The position numbers were made by a program, and so were the translations under genes. From Monocercomonoides exilis PA203 (lineage: Eukaryota; Protista; Preaxostyla), in the NCBI GenBank assembly GCA_001643675.2, contig LSRY02000010.1:1798001-1862000 (forward strand): a stretch of DNA of 64,000 nt. The letters run 5' to 3'. Positions within the stretch are counted from its first letter, which is position 1. Every line of letters starts with the position of its first letter. Of the stretch, positions 55,154 to 64,000 are shown one piece after another. The notes beneath the pieces were generated by a model. That model worked only from the letters and a program-made list of their open reading frames with translations. It made no database searches and was not told the DNA's origin.

Positions 55154-55437
55154 ACATTTATCTTTCTTTCTTTTATTTTTGTTTTGCTGTTCATTTCCCG
55201 TTCTAATTTAAAACTCTTTATTGTTAAGACATATCGTTTGCTAATTCTCTTTCAAAAATTATTTCCAATGTGTGAATGCTTATCCAAAATGTTGTGTGAA
55301 ATACCGTAATCGAAAATTCACAAAATTCAAAATTTCAATTCACTTGGTATGTTGTTGTTGACATTTTGTGGTGAATAATCATTCTTATTGAAGACAAATG
55401 GTTTATGAAAAAGCCTTTTTTTTCTCAAAACTAATAA

Positions 55438-64000
<8,563 letters not shown>

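Overview
Gene-dense, intron-containing eukaryotic DNA using the standard genetic code, with very AT-rich short GT-AG introns and intergenic DNA and proteins full of poly-Ser and acidic insertions. The style suggests an oxymonad/metamonad such as Monocercomonoides (inference, not verified). Contents in order: a TTBK/CK1-family kinase (minus strand, runs off the left edge), a hypothetical membrane protein, initiator tRNA-Met, a 428-bp inverted-repeat pair, tRNA-Ile(AAT), cytoplasmic dynein-2 heavy chain, a divergent importin-alpha, an 819-bp inverted-repeat pair from the same repeat family as the first, a hypothetical protein, a minimal RRP7, a FAM228-like protein, a 3.6-kaa type I PKS/FAS, a surface metallophosphoesterase/5'-nucleotidase, proteasome Rpn2, and a GCN2-like eIF2-alpha kinase that runs off the right edge. 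The standout is the megasynthase. It has a highly reducing PKS chassis (KS-AT-DH-cMT-ER-KR-ACP) that ends, where a thioesterase would be expected, in a complete unsplit fungal-FAS-type malonyl/palmitoyl transferase (MPT) domain. It is therefore a chimera of two separate FAS/PKS architectures and is predicted to release its product as an acyl-CoA. All comparisons to known proteins are from recalled motifs, not database searches.
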